Source: Octopus sinensis
Taxonomy: Eukaryota
Reading direction: 5' to 3'
Assembly (NCBI RefSeq): GCF_006345805.1
Contig: NC_042999.1
Coordinates: 125,798,001 to 125,862,000 of the forward strand
Length of the DNA stretch: 64,000 nt
The notes under the pieces were generated by a model. It had not been told where the DNA came from. It made no database searches and was given only the letters and a program-made list of their open reading frames with translations. A program made the translations under genes and the position numbers. Position 1 is the stretch's first letter. Each line of letters opens with the position of its first letter. Of this stretch, positions 35,761 through 48,485 are shown in pieces.

Positions 35761-38700
35761 CTTAAACAGGAGACCTGGCATTTTGACCAGGTCTCCTGTT
35801 CAAGGATATCTTCTTCCGTCCTTCCTATTGGTCATGGAGGCTCTACAAAAGTGTTTTGGGCACTGCCTGCTCTCCTAACAAATATGTATCACATCTATAT
35901 AATTTTGTTTGCATGTCTGTGTACATAAGTAGTCAAACATTACTCTTCAGTCACATTATCACTGAAGACTGGTGGTTCTGATAATACATGGGGCAATTTT
36001 AAACTAGTAATATGGTATTAATATCTTCCTTCACAGGCATGTACATGCATGCACATGCACACACACACACAGACATGCACACTGACACAATGTGTTGTAA
36101 CACCCAAGGAATAAATAAAACCTCATATCTTAATATAGTTATTCATCTTCATTAAACTGAAAAGAATCCTAAGCAATTTAAGGAAGTTTACTTGAGATGA
36201 AGTAAAATGATCTAGTTTTGAGGAGATTACACACATTTCATTCATCTATGACAGTTGTAAAAATAACTTTCCAGACAATATTGTTTTTCTTTTCTAATGC
36301 TAAATTCTACACAGATGCTACATTGCTTTGTTTACTTCCCTTTTTTTTTTGTTTGTTTCCAATTATTTCCTTACATGCTCGTTCTAAATTAAATCTTACT
36401 TAGAGTTAAAAAAAAATTTTTTTGCTTGTTTCTTTCATCTGCTGTATTTTTTTCACCTTTTCTGTTTTCTTTTTTAAGAAACAAATTCTTGATAAGTTTC
36501 AAGATTTAATTTACTCCTAATTTCATTGAAATCTGTCTTAATTTATTGTTTTGTTTTGTCTTTATATATATCAAGTTGATATCAACTGAAAGTGACAGAC
36601 AAGCTGACAAATAGTAGTTCAAATTCTTTTATCTAATTTGTTCTCCCCTTTCTTAGAAATACAATTGTCTATATTCAGACCATATTTACATTTGGTTAAA
36701 AAAAATACCATATTTATAATCTTGAAGGAAAAATAAGTAGCTGTTTCATTTTTGTCAGTTTGAATTTGTTTTTCAGTAGTTTGTGATATTTACTAATTGT
36801 TGGGGAAAATAACTTTTTGAGAGTTACAAGTGAACTCTAACATTCACTCTTCTTTTCTCAATGGTTCTCTCTCTCTCCCAATCTTTTCTTTCTCCCTCTT
36901 CCTCAATCTCTTCTTTCTTTCTCTCACTTCCTTCTCTTCCCTTCTCGATCCTACTTCTTATATCATTCTTCCAACCCTTGTTTCATTTCATATTTTCTCT
37001 TTCTTCTCAGTTTCCCCAAATATACATTCACTTTCTTTTCTATGATTCTTATACAGATCCATTTCAGCTCTTCTCTGTTACAGTATAATGACGGATTATC
37101 TTCTTAATCTTGGAACATTTTATATTGTATTATATTGAAAGTTAGGCAAACAGACAACACAACACCACTGCAGATATAACAAAGTAATGGACATGTGTGA
37201 CTTAAAAGTCTGCCACTTAAAGGTCACAGTCACAAAATATGTTCACCTTTTGAAGCTGTGAAAGTTCTTTATACTATTTTGTATTATGGTGTTAGATTTC
37301 ACAAGTGATAACATTTAATAAAATAAAAATGCTAATTTCCACCTAAACCAAAATTGATCAATGCTGTTCAAATCAAATATACCCTTTCCCTACAAAATGG
37401 GAAGAATGTAAAGAATGTAATAAGTTAAGAAAAATGGTTAAACAATGGGTTAGTATTTTAATCTCAAATCCAGCTGGGGTTGACTTGGTTTAGATAAATT
37501 AAGGGCCTGTAACACACTAAATTCTGTCCAATCAAAAAATGTTTTTGTGCCTAGTCAAAAGAAAACTTTATTAGTGAGAAAATATTTATATATCAATTTT
37601 ACAAAATTTATGAAATTAAAAATGATAAAAATCCCTTTCTAATATTAATGTGAACCACAAATATACTTAAGTTTAAAAAAAAAAATGAATATTAGGTATG
37701 TGAGTGTGTGTTGAAAATCTGTGATCTGTTTATTAATCTTTTAGTATGTCTGTATACAGCTACTTTCACTAAGCAGGCAATGATGGCCTTTTACCAAATG
37801 TAAAAGGAATATAAACTGCTTGAATGTTCTGAATGTTGCACATAGAAAGTCTGTTATTAGGGTCTTTATTGTTATTAATCTGTTCCTTTTCTTTAAAATA
37901 TTGTCTCAGATTGTACAAAATGATTTTCTTTTCTTCCTATCATGGTAATGTTTATCTGGTTCTTGTTTTTTTTTTTTTCTTGAAATAGTAAACAGTCTAC
38001 CATCAATTTTCAAGAAATACTGGTTACTTTGGGCACTATTATAAGCTTTTATTTAAATGTTGTACTCTCAATTTATTCTCCCTCTGAGAGCCTTAACAAT
38101 TAAGCTTCCTTTTGCCGAGTGGCTCCATGTGAAATAAAATTCTTATTTGGTAAAAATCATGATGTATATTGTAGTCTCACAGCTGGATATTTTTTTCCAG
38201 TATTACTATAAACAAATTATTGAAGTCCAAATCAAGAATTTCAGTTGTTTATTATTAATTTTTCGAGAAATTAAAAAGGAGAGATGGAATGCTTTTGGAG
38301 ACATTCTGGTTTGCTTGGAAGTTAAAATTCTCAGTACGATTGATTTAAATCTATTGTAGATTTTTCTACAGCTAATATTGGCCCTATACTAGCCACAAAA
38401 CCTGACATGATAACAAAAATTTTCTGTTTTAAAGTGCTATTGAAGCTGAATTTATTAATACAAGGTTTTGTAAACTATAAGCAGAATGTTATTTTTGTTA
38501 ATTTCAAGAAACCAAGACTAATTTTATTTTTTATTTCAAAGTAATTTGTTGTTTTAACTCATAAGGCCTTAAGCTGATGTATCTCTCTTAATTAATAGGT
38601 TACTGACAGTTGCATGTTCATCTTGTTTCACAGTGAAAATCTCTTACTGAATATTTATGTAATGTTCATTTGATGTCCCATCACAAAATTTCTAACTAGA

Positions 38701-41580
38701 ATATCAAGTTTTCTATTACTTTAAGTTAAGGATATTCCATTATTTAGATATTACTACTGCTATTCATTGACTATCAATATTTAGCAATCAAAGATTGAGT
38801 GTTGATGTTACAGTATCTTACATAGCAAGGAATATATAAAGGAAATTTGAGATTTTCTTTACGCTCAATAAAAGTCATCATAACATTGAACAAGAAAATT
38901 GTCTAGATGACTTCTTTTTTCTTTGCAATAAGCTTTGCTTTGTGATATTGTAAATGTGTTTCTATGTTGAACACATTTTTATGCAAGTCTATAAGTATAG
39001 TCACTGCTCCCCATTTATAGCTGTTTTGAGGTTGTAATTTTTCACACTAATAACCTTTTCTGTAGAGATGAATGCTTTTTAGAAATAGATACATCTGTTT
39101 TGATTTAGTTTGATTTTAATCATCATAAGGCAATTAGATACATGAATAAGGCATCCAATGATGATCAGAGATGAAACCAATCAAAACATGGTGTGGATGT
39201 AGATTATTAAAAAACGAAATGTTTCATCTTTAAGTATAAGGTCAATAGTTTGAAAAATAATAACTTTATTAACAATCCCTCTTTTCATATAGTCAATGTC
39301 TATTAAGGTTTATATTCTCGACTAATGATGTTTATTTTAGCAAGGCCTCAGTAAGAGTTGAAATAGATTTTAATTACTGAATGCCTCTTAAAATAATAAT
39401 AAAAATACCCTTTTATGTTTTGCTTTTGAGATGAGGTACAATGGAGAAATTACTGCTAATAATAATAGTAATAGCATGATGAATATAAAGTGATGCTTTC
39501 CTTTATTTTTTTTCTTCAGTTTTCAGTATTATTATTTGTAATATTTGAACAATTTTTTTAATAATTTTAGACAATTATCCAAAATATGGATTGTTTTCTG
39601 CATCTATTGCTGAATCTTGCCTTAACTACATGGAATTCATGTATAAATATTTTTTTCTTGCTTTTGTTTAAAATTTAAATAAAAGTGTAAACTTTGCAAA
39701 CCATTCCTTCCTTGGTAAATGAATATCTTGTGAAATAACTTGCTGATATTCCAAGTTTTGAACAAATTTTACAGATTATTTGCCAGAGACCAGTTACATT
39801 CTTTATATTAGAGGACCAATATCCCAAAATGCTGCATGCATACACACAGTAATGTTTCCGGCCTTATATATTTAATATATGGCAAGAAAAGCTGATTGCT
39901 GGCATACTTGCTAGAGATCTAGGCAAAATATCTTGAGAATATAGTTTGCTCTTTACATTCTGAGTTTAAATCTGCTGGAGCAGCAAGATTGGTAAATAAT
40001 GTACCAGTAACATACTAGGATTTGATTTAATCGTTTATACCTCTCCCCTAAAAAGTTTGTGGTTTTCTGCCAGTGTAAGTATTACTTAGAGGAGAGGTGG
40101 AAGATTTTAACAAACATTCTCTGGTTTGTCCTGACTGATTTTTGTTTTCCTTTTATCTTCTCAGCTCTGGTTATTCTTTGAAGAAATATTACATTAATAA
40201 TAAATGTGATATTTATGATTATTACTACTGTGTATGTTGATTTTTTTATCTTGTTATTTATTGATTAAAATTATTATTCTACCATGGCACCCTTCCAACA
40301 AATATATAACAATAAACAGCACTTTGTTTTTTAATTTTTATTTTGATATACTCATGTTATTGAATAAAGAAAATTGCATACTTATTTGCAGTTAAAGTTG
40401 AATTATTTTTTATTATTTACATCCAGTTTGTTGATGTTATTGAAAATAGCTAACATTATGACCATAATTCAATTGACTAGGTGCCTAAAAACTAGGCTTG
40501 TCCATCGTTAAAGGATGTTATTATTTTTTTTAGGGGAAGGACAGTTTGAACGCCGGGGAAAATGCCTCGCCACGTTTCTTCTGGCTTTTTATGTTCTGAG
40601 GTCAGCTTTGCCTTTCATCCCTCTGGTGTTGATAAAATAAAGCACCAGTCAAGTACTGATATTAAAATCAACTGTTCCATTCCCCATTTGATCTTGTACA
40701 AAATCTGCTGTTAGGACAAATACTGCCGTTAATTAGGTTTCTTAAAAAATGTATTTGCTTTAAGTATGATGCAAAGATTATTTCAAACTAATGCTGCTTC
40801 TGTCGTACATAACGAATTATTACATTTCTATTTCTTATTTATTGCAATAAATGCATTAAAAGAAACCTAGGCTATGAGATATTCACAATAACGGCATCTC
40901 AAATCTCTGACAGACCATTAATTGGGAAGTTTACTGTATTATTAAAAAGAAAAAAAAAAGTAAATGTAACTATTGACAGACGGAACCGAAAAAAGCAAGA
41001 AAATATCCAGTTAACTATAACGGATTTTGGGTGACCGTCAAAGGTTTTGTGCATCACTTAGGGTATTGAATATAATTCAGCCTGGAAAGACTTTCTTTTC
41101 TTGGAGCTATTGAAATGCAATTAGAAGAAACACATCTGATAGTTTACCTTCATTGTTATGCTCGCATAACGATGTTGTATGCCGCCATGGGAGTTTGTTG
41201 ATCAGCGGTATTCATCAATGAATAATTAATGTGCCATTTTCAAGAAATGGAGAAGAAATACACAGAAACTGGTGTTAATGCATTTTCAGCGAACCTTAAC
41301 TATGTTAGGTGAAGTTTAAATTATAGGTATTGAAATTGTGAGTTTAACAGTTATCATAATCACAACCATTATTAAATAGGAAGGGTGGTTGGTAGCTTAA
41401 CAGAATCGTTAGAGCGTCGGACCAAATATCTTATGGTAGTTCTTCCAGCTCTTTACGTTCTGAATTCAAATTCTTTCGAGGTCGATAAAATAAAGTACCT
41501 GTCAAATACATGGTTCGATGATATATATATATATATATACATACATACATACATGTGTGTGTGTGTGGTGTGTATATATA

Positions 41581-41779
41581 TATCGTTTGAATTTACACAA
41601 AAAAAAAAAATACGAAGACGGGTGTGTAAGCAACAAACACATGTATTAGTTTAACGTTCGGAAAGGTAAGAAAGTCTTTTACGTTTCGAGCCTAAGCTCT
41701 TTAACAGAAAGGGACACGAGAAAATAAACAGAGAGAGAATAAAAAAAGGTTTAGTGGCTAGCGATCAATCATGGACATT

Positions 41780-41780
<1 letters not shown>
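41581..41780 (-). mobile_element. Penelope-like non-autonomous end with degenerate hammerhead (41676-41711); duplicated at 43124-43322
   Basis: Minus strand CTTT-CTGTTAA-A-GAGC-TTAG-GCTC-GAAACGT-A-AAAG: stems I, II and palindromic III intact, core box mutated. Confidence 0.6.
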
Positions 41781-41819
<39 letters not shown>

Positions 41820-41821
<2 letters not shown>

Positions 41822-43044
41822 GGGTGTGTAAGGTATTTGAGGACATACCTTTTTTGGGGTCATTGCTGCATTTTTTGCTAACTCTGTATAATCTTTGTTT
41901 CAGAAAATAATAATGACAGACCCTCAGCTTATTCAAGAAATGAAGATGCATGCTGTTATTGTTGTTATAAAGGTTGAGCATAGTGATTTAGAAATATCTC
42001 GAGTTTTAAAAGTTGCCAGATCTTTCGTCTACAAAGTTTGTAAGGAGTTAGAAACTGCAGATGCAAATGTATCACCAGTATCAAAGCACAAAAAGCATTC
42101 TAAATGCTCTGAAATCATCCGAACACCTGAATTTATCCAGCAAGCTCAACAGATTACAATCCCAAAAAGTCTATGAGGTTAATTGTTAAAGATCTCCATG
42201 TATCAGAAGGGACAGTCAGAAATGTCGAAGACATCAGATATAAGTCTTATATGATGAGGAAAGGTCAATTTGCCCGAAAAAGCAGAAAAAATCACTACAT
42301 CAGATCTAAAAGGCTCTTAAACTGAAAAATCCAGCAGAAGAAGATTTGATTTGGCTTTTCTCAAACGAGAAAAACTTCGACCAAGAGCAAAATTTAACAG
42401 AAGATTTAACAGATGGTTATGTGCAGACCCTTCTGAAGTTTCAAGTGTTATGCGTGCAAAATTTTCTGCAACTGTCATAGTTTTAGGGGTTGTCAGCAAT
42501 GAAGGACGTGATGCCTCCTTACTTCTTTCCACAAGGCCTTAGAGTTAACTTTGCCGCCTACATTGAAGTCCTGGAAATAATTGTTAAGCCCTGGATAGAC
42601 AGTGTATGCAATGGAAGGCCATATATGCTTCAGTAAGACTCTGCACTATCACACATGGCTCTAGTAACGCAAATGAATGGCTGAAAACTTTTATCATCAC
42701 ATAACCCCTAACATTTGGCCTCCTAATTCCCCAGGTCTCAATCCATTGGACTATTACATGTGGAGCGTTGTCGAGAGAGAGGTCAATGAACACGCCCGTA
42801 ACACCAAAGATTCTTTGAAAGCTGCCATAGTCAGAGTAATGTCCAAAATGAACCAGGATCACTTGATTCAAGCATGTAGATGATTTAGATCTCATATAGT
42901 AGTTGTTGAAGCTGAAGGTGGCTTTATTGAATAGTATAGAAAAGAAGGTTTATTTTTATCCTCATAGCATTTTTTGCTACGTAAAGTTATCTGTTATTAT
43001 ATATCTGTTTTTTTCTTCTTATAAATAAATCTGTCATCAAATAT

Positions 43045-43048
<4 letters not shown>
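41820..43048 (+). mobile_element. Decayed Tc1/mariner maT (DD37D-like) transposon, copy 1
   Basis: Left TIR cagggtgtgtaaggtatttgaggaca, right partial TIR tgtcatcaaatatctta, TA flanks. Broken transposase: HTH fragment MTDPQLIQEMKMHAV..., VLGVVSNEG, DSA.SH, WPPNSPGLNPLDYY.W. Confidence 0.9.
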
Positions 43049-43110
<62 letters not shown>

Positions 43111-43318
43111 GTGTGTATATATATATCGTTTGAATTTACACAAAAAAAAAAATACGAAGACGGGTGTGTAAGCAACAAACACATGTATTAGTTTAACGTT
43201 CGGAAAGGTAAGAAAGTCTTTTACGTTTCGAGCCTAAGCTCTTTAACAGAAAGGGACACGAGAAAATAAACAGAGAGAGAATAAAAAAAGGTTTAGTGGC
43301 TAGCGATCAATCATGGAC

Positions 43319-43358
<40 letters not shown>

Positions 43359-43360
<2 letters not shown>

Positions 43361-44583
43361 GGGTGTGTAAGGTATTTGAGGACATACCTTTTTTGGGGTC
43401 ATTGCTGCATTTTTTGCTAACTCTGTATAATCTTTGTTTCAGAAAATAATAATGACAGACCCTCAGCTTATTCAAGAAATGAAGATGCATGCTGTTATTG
43501 TTGTTATAAAGGTTGAGCATAGTGATTTAGAAATATCTCGAGTTTTAAAAGTTGCCAGATCTTTCGTCTACAAAGTTTGTAAGGAGTTAGAAACTGCAGA
43601 TGCAAATGTATCACCAGTATCAAAGCACAAAAAGCATTCTAAATGCTCTGAAATCATCCGAACACCTGAATTTATCCAGCAAGCTCAACAGATTACAATC
43701 CCAAAAAGTCTATGAGGTTAATTGTTAAAGATCTCCATGTATCAGAAGGGACAGTCAGAAATGTCGAAGACATCAGATATAAGTCTTATATGATGAGGAA
43801 AGGTCAATTTGCCCGAAAAAGCAGAAAAAATCACTACATCAGATCTAAAAGGCTCTTAAACTGAAAAATCCAGCAGAAGAAGATTTGATTTGGCTTTTCT
43901 CAAACGAGAAAAACTTCGACCAAGAGCAAAATTTAACAGAAGATTTAACAGATGGTTATGTGCAGACCCTTCTGAAGTTTCAAGTGTTATGCGTGCAAAA
44001 TTTTCTGCAACTGTCATAGTTTTAGGGGTTGTCAGCAATGAAGGACGTGATGCCTCCTTACTTCTTTCCACAAGGCCTTAGAGTTAACTTTGCCGCCTAC
44101 ATTGAAGTCCTGGAAATAATTGTTAAGCCCTGGATAGACAGTGTATGCAATGGAAGGCCATATATGCTTCAGTAAGACTCTGCACTATCACACATGGCTC
44201 TAGTAACGCAAATGAATGGCTGAAAACTTTTATCATCACATAACCCCTAACATTTGGCCTCCTAATTCCCCAGGTCTCAATCCATTGGACTATTACATGT
44301 GGAGCGTTGTCGAGAGAGAGGTCAATGAACACGCCCGTAACACCAAAGATTCTTTGAAAGCTGCCATAGTCAGAGTAATGTCCAAAATGAACCAGGATCA
44401 CTTGATTCAAGCATGTAGATGATTTAGATCTCATATAGTAGTTGTTGAAGCTGAAGGTGGCTTTATTGAATAGTATAGAAAAGAAGGTTTATTTTTATCC
44501 TCATAGCATTTTTTGCTACGTAAAGTTATCTGTTATTATATATCTGTTTTTTTCTTCTTATAAATAAATCTGTCATCAAATAT

Positions 44584-44587
<4 letters not shown>
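43359..44587 (+). mobile_element. Decayed Tc1/mariner maT transposon, copy 2 (tandem duplicate)
   Basis: Same sequence and same ORF fragments as copy 1, at offset 1539. Confidence 0.9.
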
Positions 44588-44655
<68 letters not shown>

Positions 44656-44680
44656 GTGTGTGTGTGTGTGTGTGTCTGTA

Positions 44681-45080
44681 GGCGCAGGCGTGGCTGCGTA
44701 GTAAGAAGCTTGCTTCCCAACCACATGGTTCCAGGTTCAATTCCACTGTGTGTCCCCTTGGGCAAGCGTCTTCTACTATAGCCTCGGGCCGACCAGAGCC
44801 TTGTGAGTGGATTTGGCTGATGGAAACTGAAAGAAGCCCGTCGTATATTCATATGTGTATATATCTCTGTGTGTGTCTTCGTGTCCGTGTTTGTCCCTCA
44901 CCACCACTTAACAACAGGTGTTGGTGTGTTTAGTCCCCATGACATAGCAGTTCGGCAAAGAACATCGATAGAATAAGTACTAGGCGTAAAAAAATAAGTC
45001 CTGGGGTCGATTTGTTTGACTAAAACCCTTCAAGGCGGTGCCCCGGCAGGGCCGCAGTCAAATGACTGAAACAAGTAAAT
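44681..45080 (+). mobile_element. tRNA-derived SINE family A, full length, CpG-rich
   Basis: ggcgcaggcgtggctgcgtagtaagaagcttgcttcccaaccacatggttccaggttcaattcc head through to gactgaaacaagtaa. Confidence 0.9.
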
Positions 45081-45759
45081 GGTAAAAGATATATGTACTT
45101 ATGTGTTTTGTATTTGTGTTTGTCTGTTTGTTAGTTTCCCCCTCCGAACAACAGTCCACGTAACTTAGCGGTTCGGCAAAAGATCCAATAAAATGAATAC
45201 CCGACTTTTAAAAAGAAGTATTGGGAGCAATTTGGCTGGCTATAATCATCAATGTGAGCCCTAACATGGTCGTAGTCAAATGAGTGAAGCAAATAATGAT
45301 AAAGTGGGAGGTATTATAATTAGTATAGTGAGCGGCAGGGGAGATAACGTATGATTTAAAATTGATTCTAATATAGGCTGAAGACCAGCTGTTTTGGAAG
45401 CAGGGGTCAAGTCGTTTCCATTGACCCCCAGTATTTTACCAACCTCCAGAGTATGAAAGATTTGTTTGAACTCAAAAAGTAAGGTGTTGGAAAAAATGCT
45501 GGACAACATTTTACCCGACGCTCTAACATTTCTGCGAATCTATCATTTAAAATTAATTAGAAATTTGAAATTAATTGAAAATAGAATATAGTGGAGCGTG
45601 ACTCTGGCCATTGTCAGTATGTTAAGAACTCCGAAGATATTTGATTATTCAGTGCTTAATCTACTTCCAATTTTCTCTCTTCCACTTCTTCCTCCTCTCT
45701 TTCTCTGTCTCTGTCTCTCTATCCCTCCTCTCATATCTTCTGTTGCTGTCAAGTGAGGA

Positions 45760-46605
45760 TAGGAAAGAGTCAACACCGTGACTCGCAACCAGGTAGTTCA
45801 ACGCCAGTGAAGACATGTGAAATCATGACTTGTGCACTATGTAGTTAACCCTTTAACATTCAGATTACTCTGTTAAATGTATTGCTTATATATTCGTACT
45901 GCTTTCAATTAATCATGCATTGACCGAAAGCTCCAGTATGAACATTTCAGAGTGTTTGAGTGCTAATCTGGGGACAGTGCAACCTGAGGACATGTACCGA
46001 GAGTGATAAAATCAAACATCCAGTCAACATCATGGTGTTTGGAGTGATCTCTAATGATGGCAACGTTATGCTTCCATTCATCTTCCCACACGGCTTCACA
46101 CTCAACACGGAGATCTACTTCAAGTGCCTGGAAGAGGTAGTGCTGCCCTGGATCAAGAGGGTGGCTGCTGGAAGACTCTATGTCTGGTAACAGGACTCTG
46201 CATCATGCCACACAAGCAGGAGAACCCAGTCATGGCTGTCAGACAATTTCTGCGACCACATCACCCCTAACATCGGGTCACCTAAATCCCCTGACTGCAA
46301 CCCACTTGATTATTATGTGTGGGGCGCAGTTGAGTGAAAGACCAACAAAATTCCTTGTAACACCAAGGAACTGAAGGCAAGGATTATGACCGCATTCACC
46401 AACTTAAAGAGATCACCCGGAAGTGCTGCAAGAAATTCCGAAGTCGTCTGGAGGCCGTGGTTGAAGCGAATGGCGATTTTATTGAAAAATTTTACTCTTT
46501 AGTATTTCAAGATATTTTAATGTAATTTTGGTAAATACATCTGTTAAAATCAGATGTATTATTTTCATTTTTGCGTAATTTAGACGACAGTTTATCCACC
46601 GCACC

Positions 46606-46608
<3 letters not shown>
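45760..46608 (+). mobile_element. Internally deleted maT (DD37D) transposon with a piggyBac-like MITE fragment at 45846-45920
   Basis: KHPVNIMVFGVISNDG...W*QDSASCHTSRRTQSWLSDNFCDHITPNIGSPKSPDCNPLDYY: 37 residues between the last two catalytic D. Right TIR ...ttatccaccgcaccctg|TA. Confidence 0.85.
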
Positions 46609-46673
<65 letters not shown>

Positions 46674-46730
46674 TATATATATATACATACCCACACACAC
46701 ACACACAACACACACATCTATCTATCTATC

Positions 46731-46804
<74 letters not shown>

Positions 46805-46822
46805 ATATATATATATATATAT
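46609..46822. repeat. Compound (TA)n-(CA)n-(TCTA)n microsatellite
   Basis: Directly visible. Confidence 0.95.
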
Positions 46823-46825
46823 ACA

Positions 46826-46905
46826 CAGTAATCCCCCGACTATCGCAGGAGTTACTTTCCACCCCAACTACGACAGATGAACCACGATATGGCCAGGGAT
46901 TACTA
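46826..46905. mobile_element. 80-bp MITE-like element with Tigger/pogo-style CAGTAATCCC termini in a TA tract
   Basis: cagtaatcccccgactatcg ... cgatatggccagggattacta imperfect TIRs, TA on both sides. Confidence 0.5.
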
Positions 46906-46914
46906 TATATATAT

Positions 46915-47219
46915 ATTGTTGTTGTTTGTTGCTTCTCGAGCCACACTTGGCTCATAGGGCCGGTTTCCCGGTTTCCTTGGCATACAAGTTCCCCACTTGG
47001 ACGGGACGCCGGTCCGTCGCAGGTGAGCTGCAAGATGCAGGAGGAAAGTGTGAGAGAAAGTTGTGGCAAAAGGGTCAGCAGAAGTTCGCCGTTACCTTCT
47101 ACCGGAGCCGCGTGGAGCTTAGGTATTTCGTTCATAAAGACTCACATCACCCGGTCTGAGATTCGAACCCGCGATCCCTCGACCGTGAGTCCGCTGCTCT
47201 AACCACTAGGCCATGTGCC

Positions 47220-47222
<3 letters not shown>
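46915..47222 (-). mobile_element. GC-rich tRNA-derived SINE (fourth family)
   Basis: tRNA-like head reads on the minus strand from 47222 (ggcacatggcctagtggttagagcagcggactcacggtcgagggatcgcgggttcgaatc) with clear A and B boxes; (CAA)-like tail. Confidence 0.8.
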
Positions 47223-47296
<74 letters not shown>

Positions 47297-47381
47297 ATAC
47301 ATACACACTAGAGTAAGCACATGAATGTGAAGCAAGGTGGGAAAAATAGTACTCGAATACTGGAGGTAGAGCAATATACTC

Positions 47382-47542
47382 TATTATTAAAACTGCGAAA
47401 ACATCACAAAAGAATTGCTACTCAGAGGTTTCATGTTCCCTTCGTTGGACAGCTGTGATTCTGAATCACAACTGCCCGACGAACGGGTACGCAAAACTCT
47501 GAGTCACAGTTCTTTTGTAATACTTTTGCAGTTTTAATAATA
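47382..47542. mobile_element. 161-bp palindrome centred on 47462, each arm carrying a degenerate minimal hammerhead
   Basis: tattattaaaactgc...gtgattc|t|gaatcac...gcagttttaataata. Right arm AACTGC-CCGACGA-ACGGGTACGC-AAAACTCTGAGT-C-ACAGTT. Confidence 0.8.
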
Positions 47543-47889
47543 AAGTATATAAATGTGCGTATGTGTGTGTGTGTGTATTTACATATACACAAAGAAATAG
47601 ATACGTTGATAGATAGACTGGCAGGGGTTATTGAAATCGAAACATTTCAATATCCTTCTTGCATACTTCTGATAGAGTATCATGGTTTAATGAGCTAGAA
47701 CTGAGAGGCTGACAAAGGCATCATTCTATCAGGTCGGATGCAGTGGGGCGGGGTTCTAATTCAGGATTGGTGTTTCTTTAGCGTCTGTCACTCTTCTCCC
47801 AGGAGAAATATATGGTGTAATTCGAGAGAACGAAGGAAAACAACAAGAAACATCCTTCATTCTAACCGGCTTAATTACTCTTATTACTC

Positions 47890-48011
47890 TGTGTGTGTGT
47901 TTGTGCGTGTGTGCATGTGTGTGTGTTTGCGCGTGCGTAATGTGTGTATTATATGTATGTGTGTGTGCGCGTGTAATGTGTGTATTATATATATGTGGGT
48001 GTATATATGTA

Positions 48012-48044
<33 letters not shown>

Positions 48045-48057
48045 GTGTGTGTGTGTG

Positions 48058-48088
<31 letters not shown>

Positions 48089-48189
48089 TGTGTGTGTGTG
48101 TATATATATACATAAACTTACTTGGAAATACATGTGTGGCGTTCAATCAAATAATAATACAAATAATATATATATACATGCATATATAT

Positions 48190-48261
<72 letters not shown>

Positions 48262-48401
48262 TATATTATACATATTTATATTATATGCATGTAATATATA
48301 TATGTATATTGTATATATATATATGTATGTATATATATATATACATATATATATATATACTTACATAACGTGCATACACACGTATACATGTATATGTGTG
48401 C

Positions 48402-48470
<69 letters not shown>

Positions 48471-48485
48471 ATTATATATATATAT
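47890..48485. repeat. Compound (TG)n/(TA)n microsatellite field
   Basis: Directly visible. Confidence 0.95.

Larger units (their letters stand above)
41545..44635. repeat. Tandem duplication, 2 x ~1.54 kb
   Basis: Offsets of 1543, 1542 and 1539 along the unit; differences seen only in A-run and TA-run lengths. Confidence 0.95.

Noticed and set aside
38850-39850. Short minus-strand open frames as exons of a second gene
   Set aside because: No recognisable homology and no compatible acceptor/donor pairs found by eye.
41012-41025. TAACTATAACGG resembling the LSU rRNA I-CeuI site
   Set aside because: Only a 12-nt match, with no rRNA similarity on either side.
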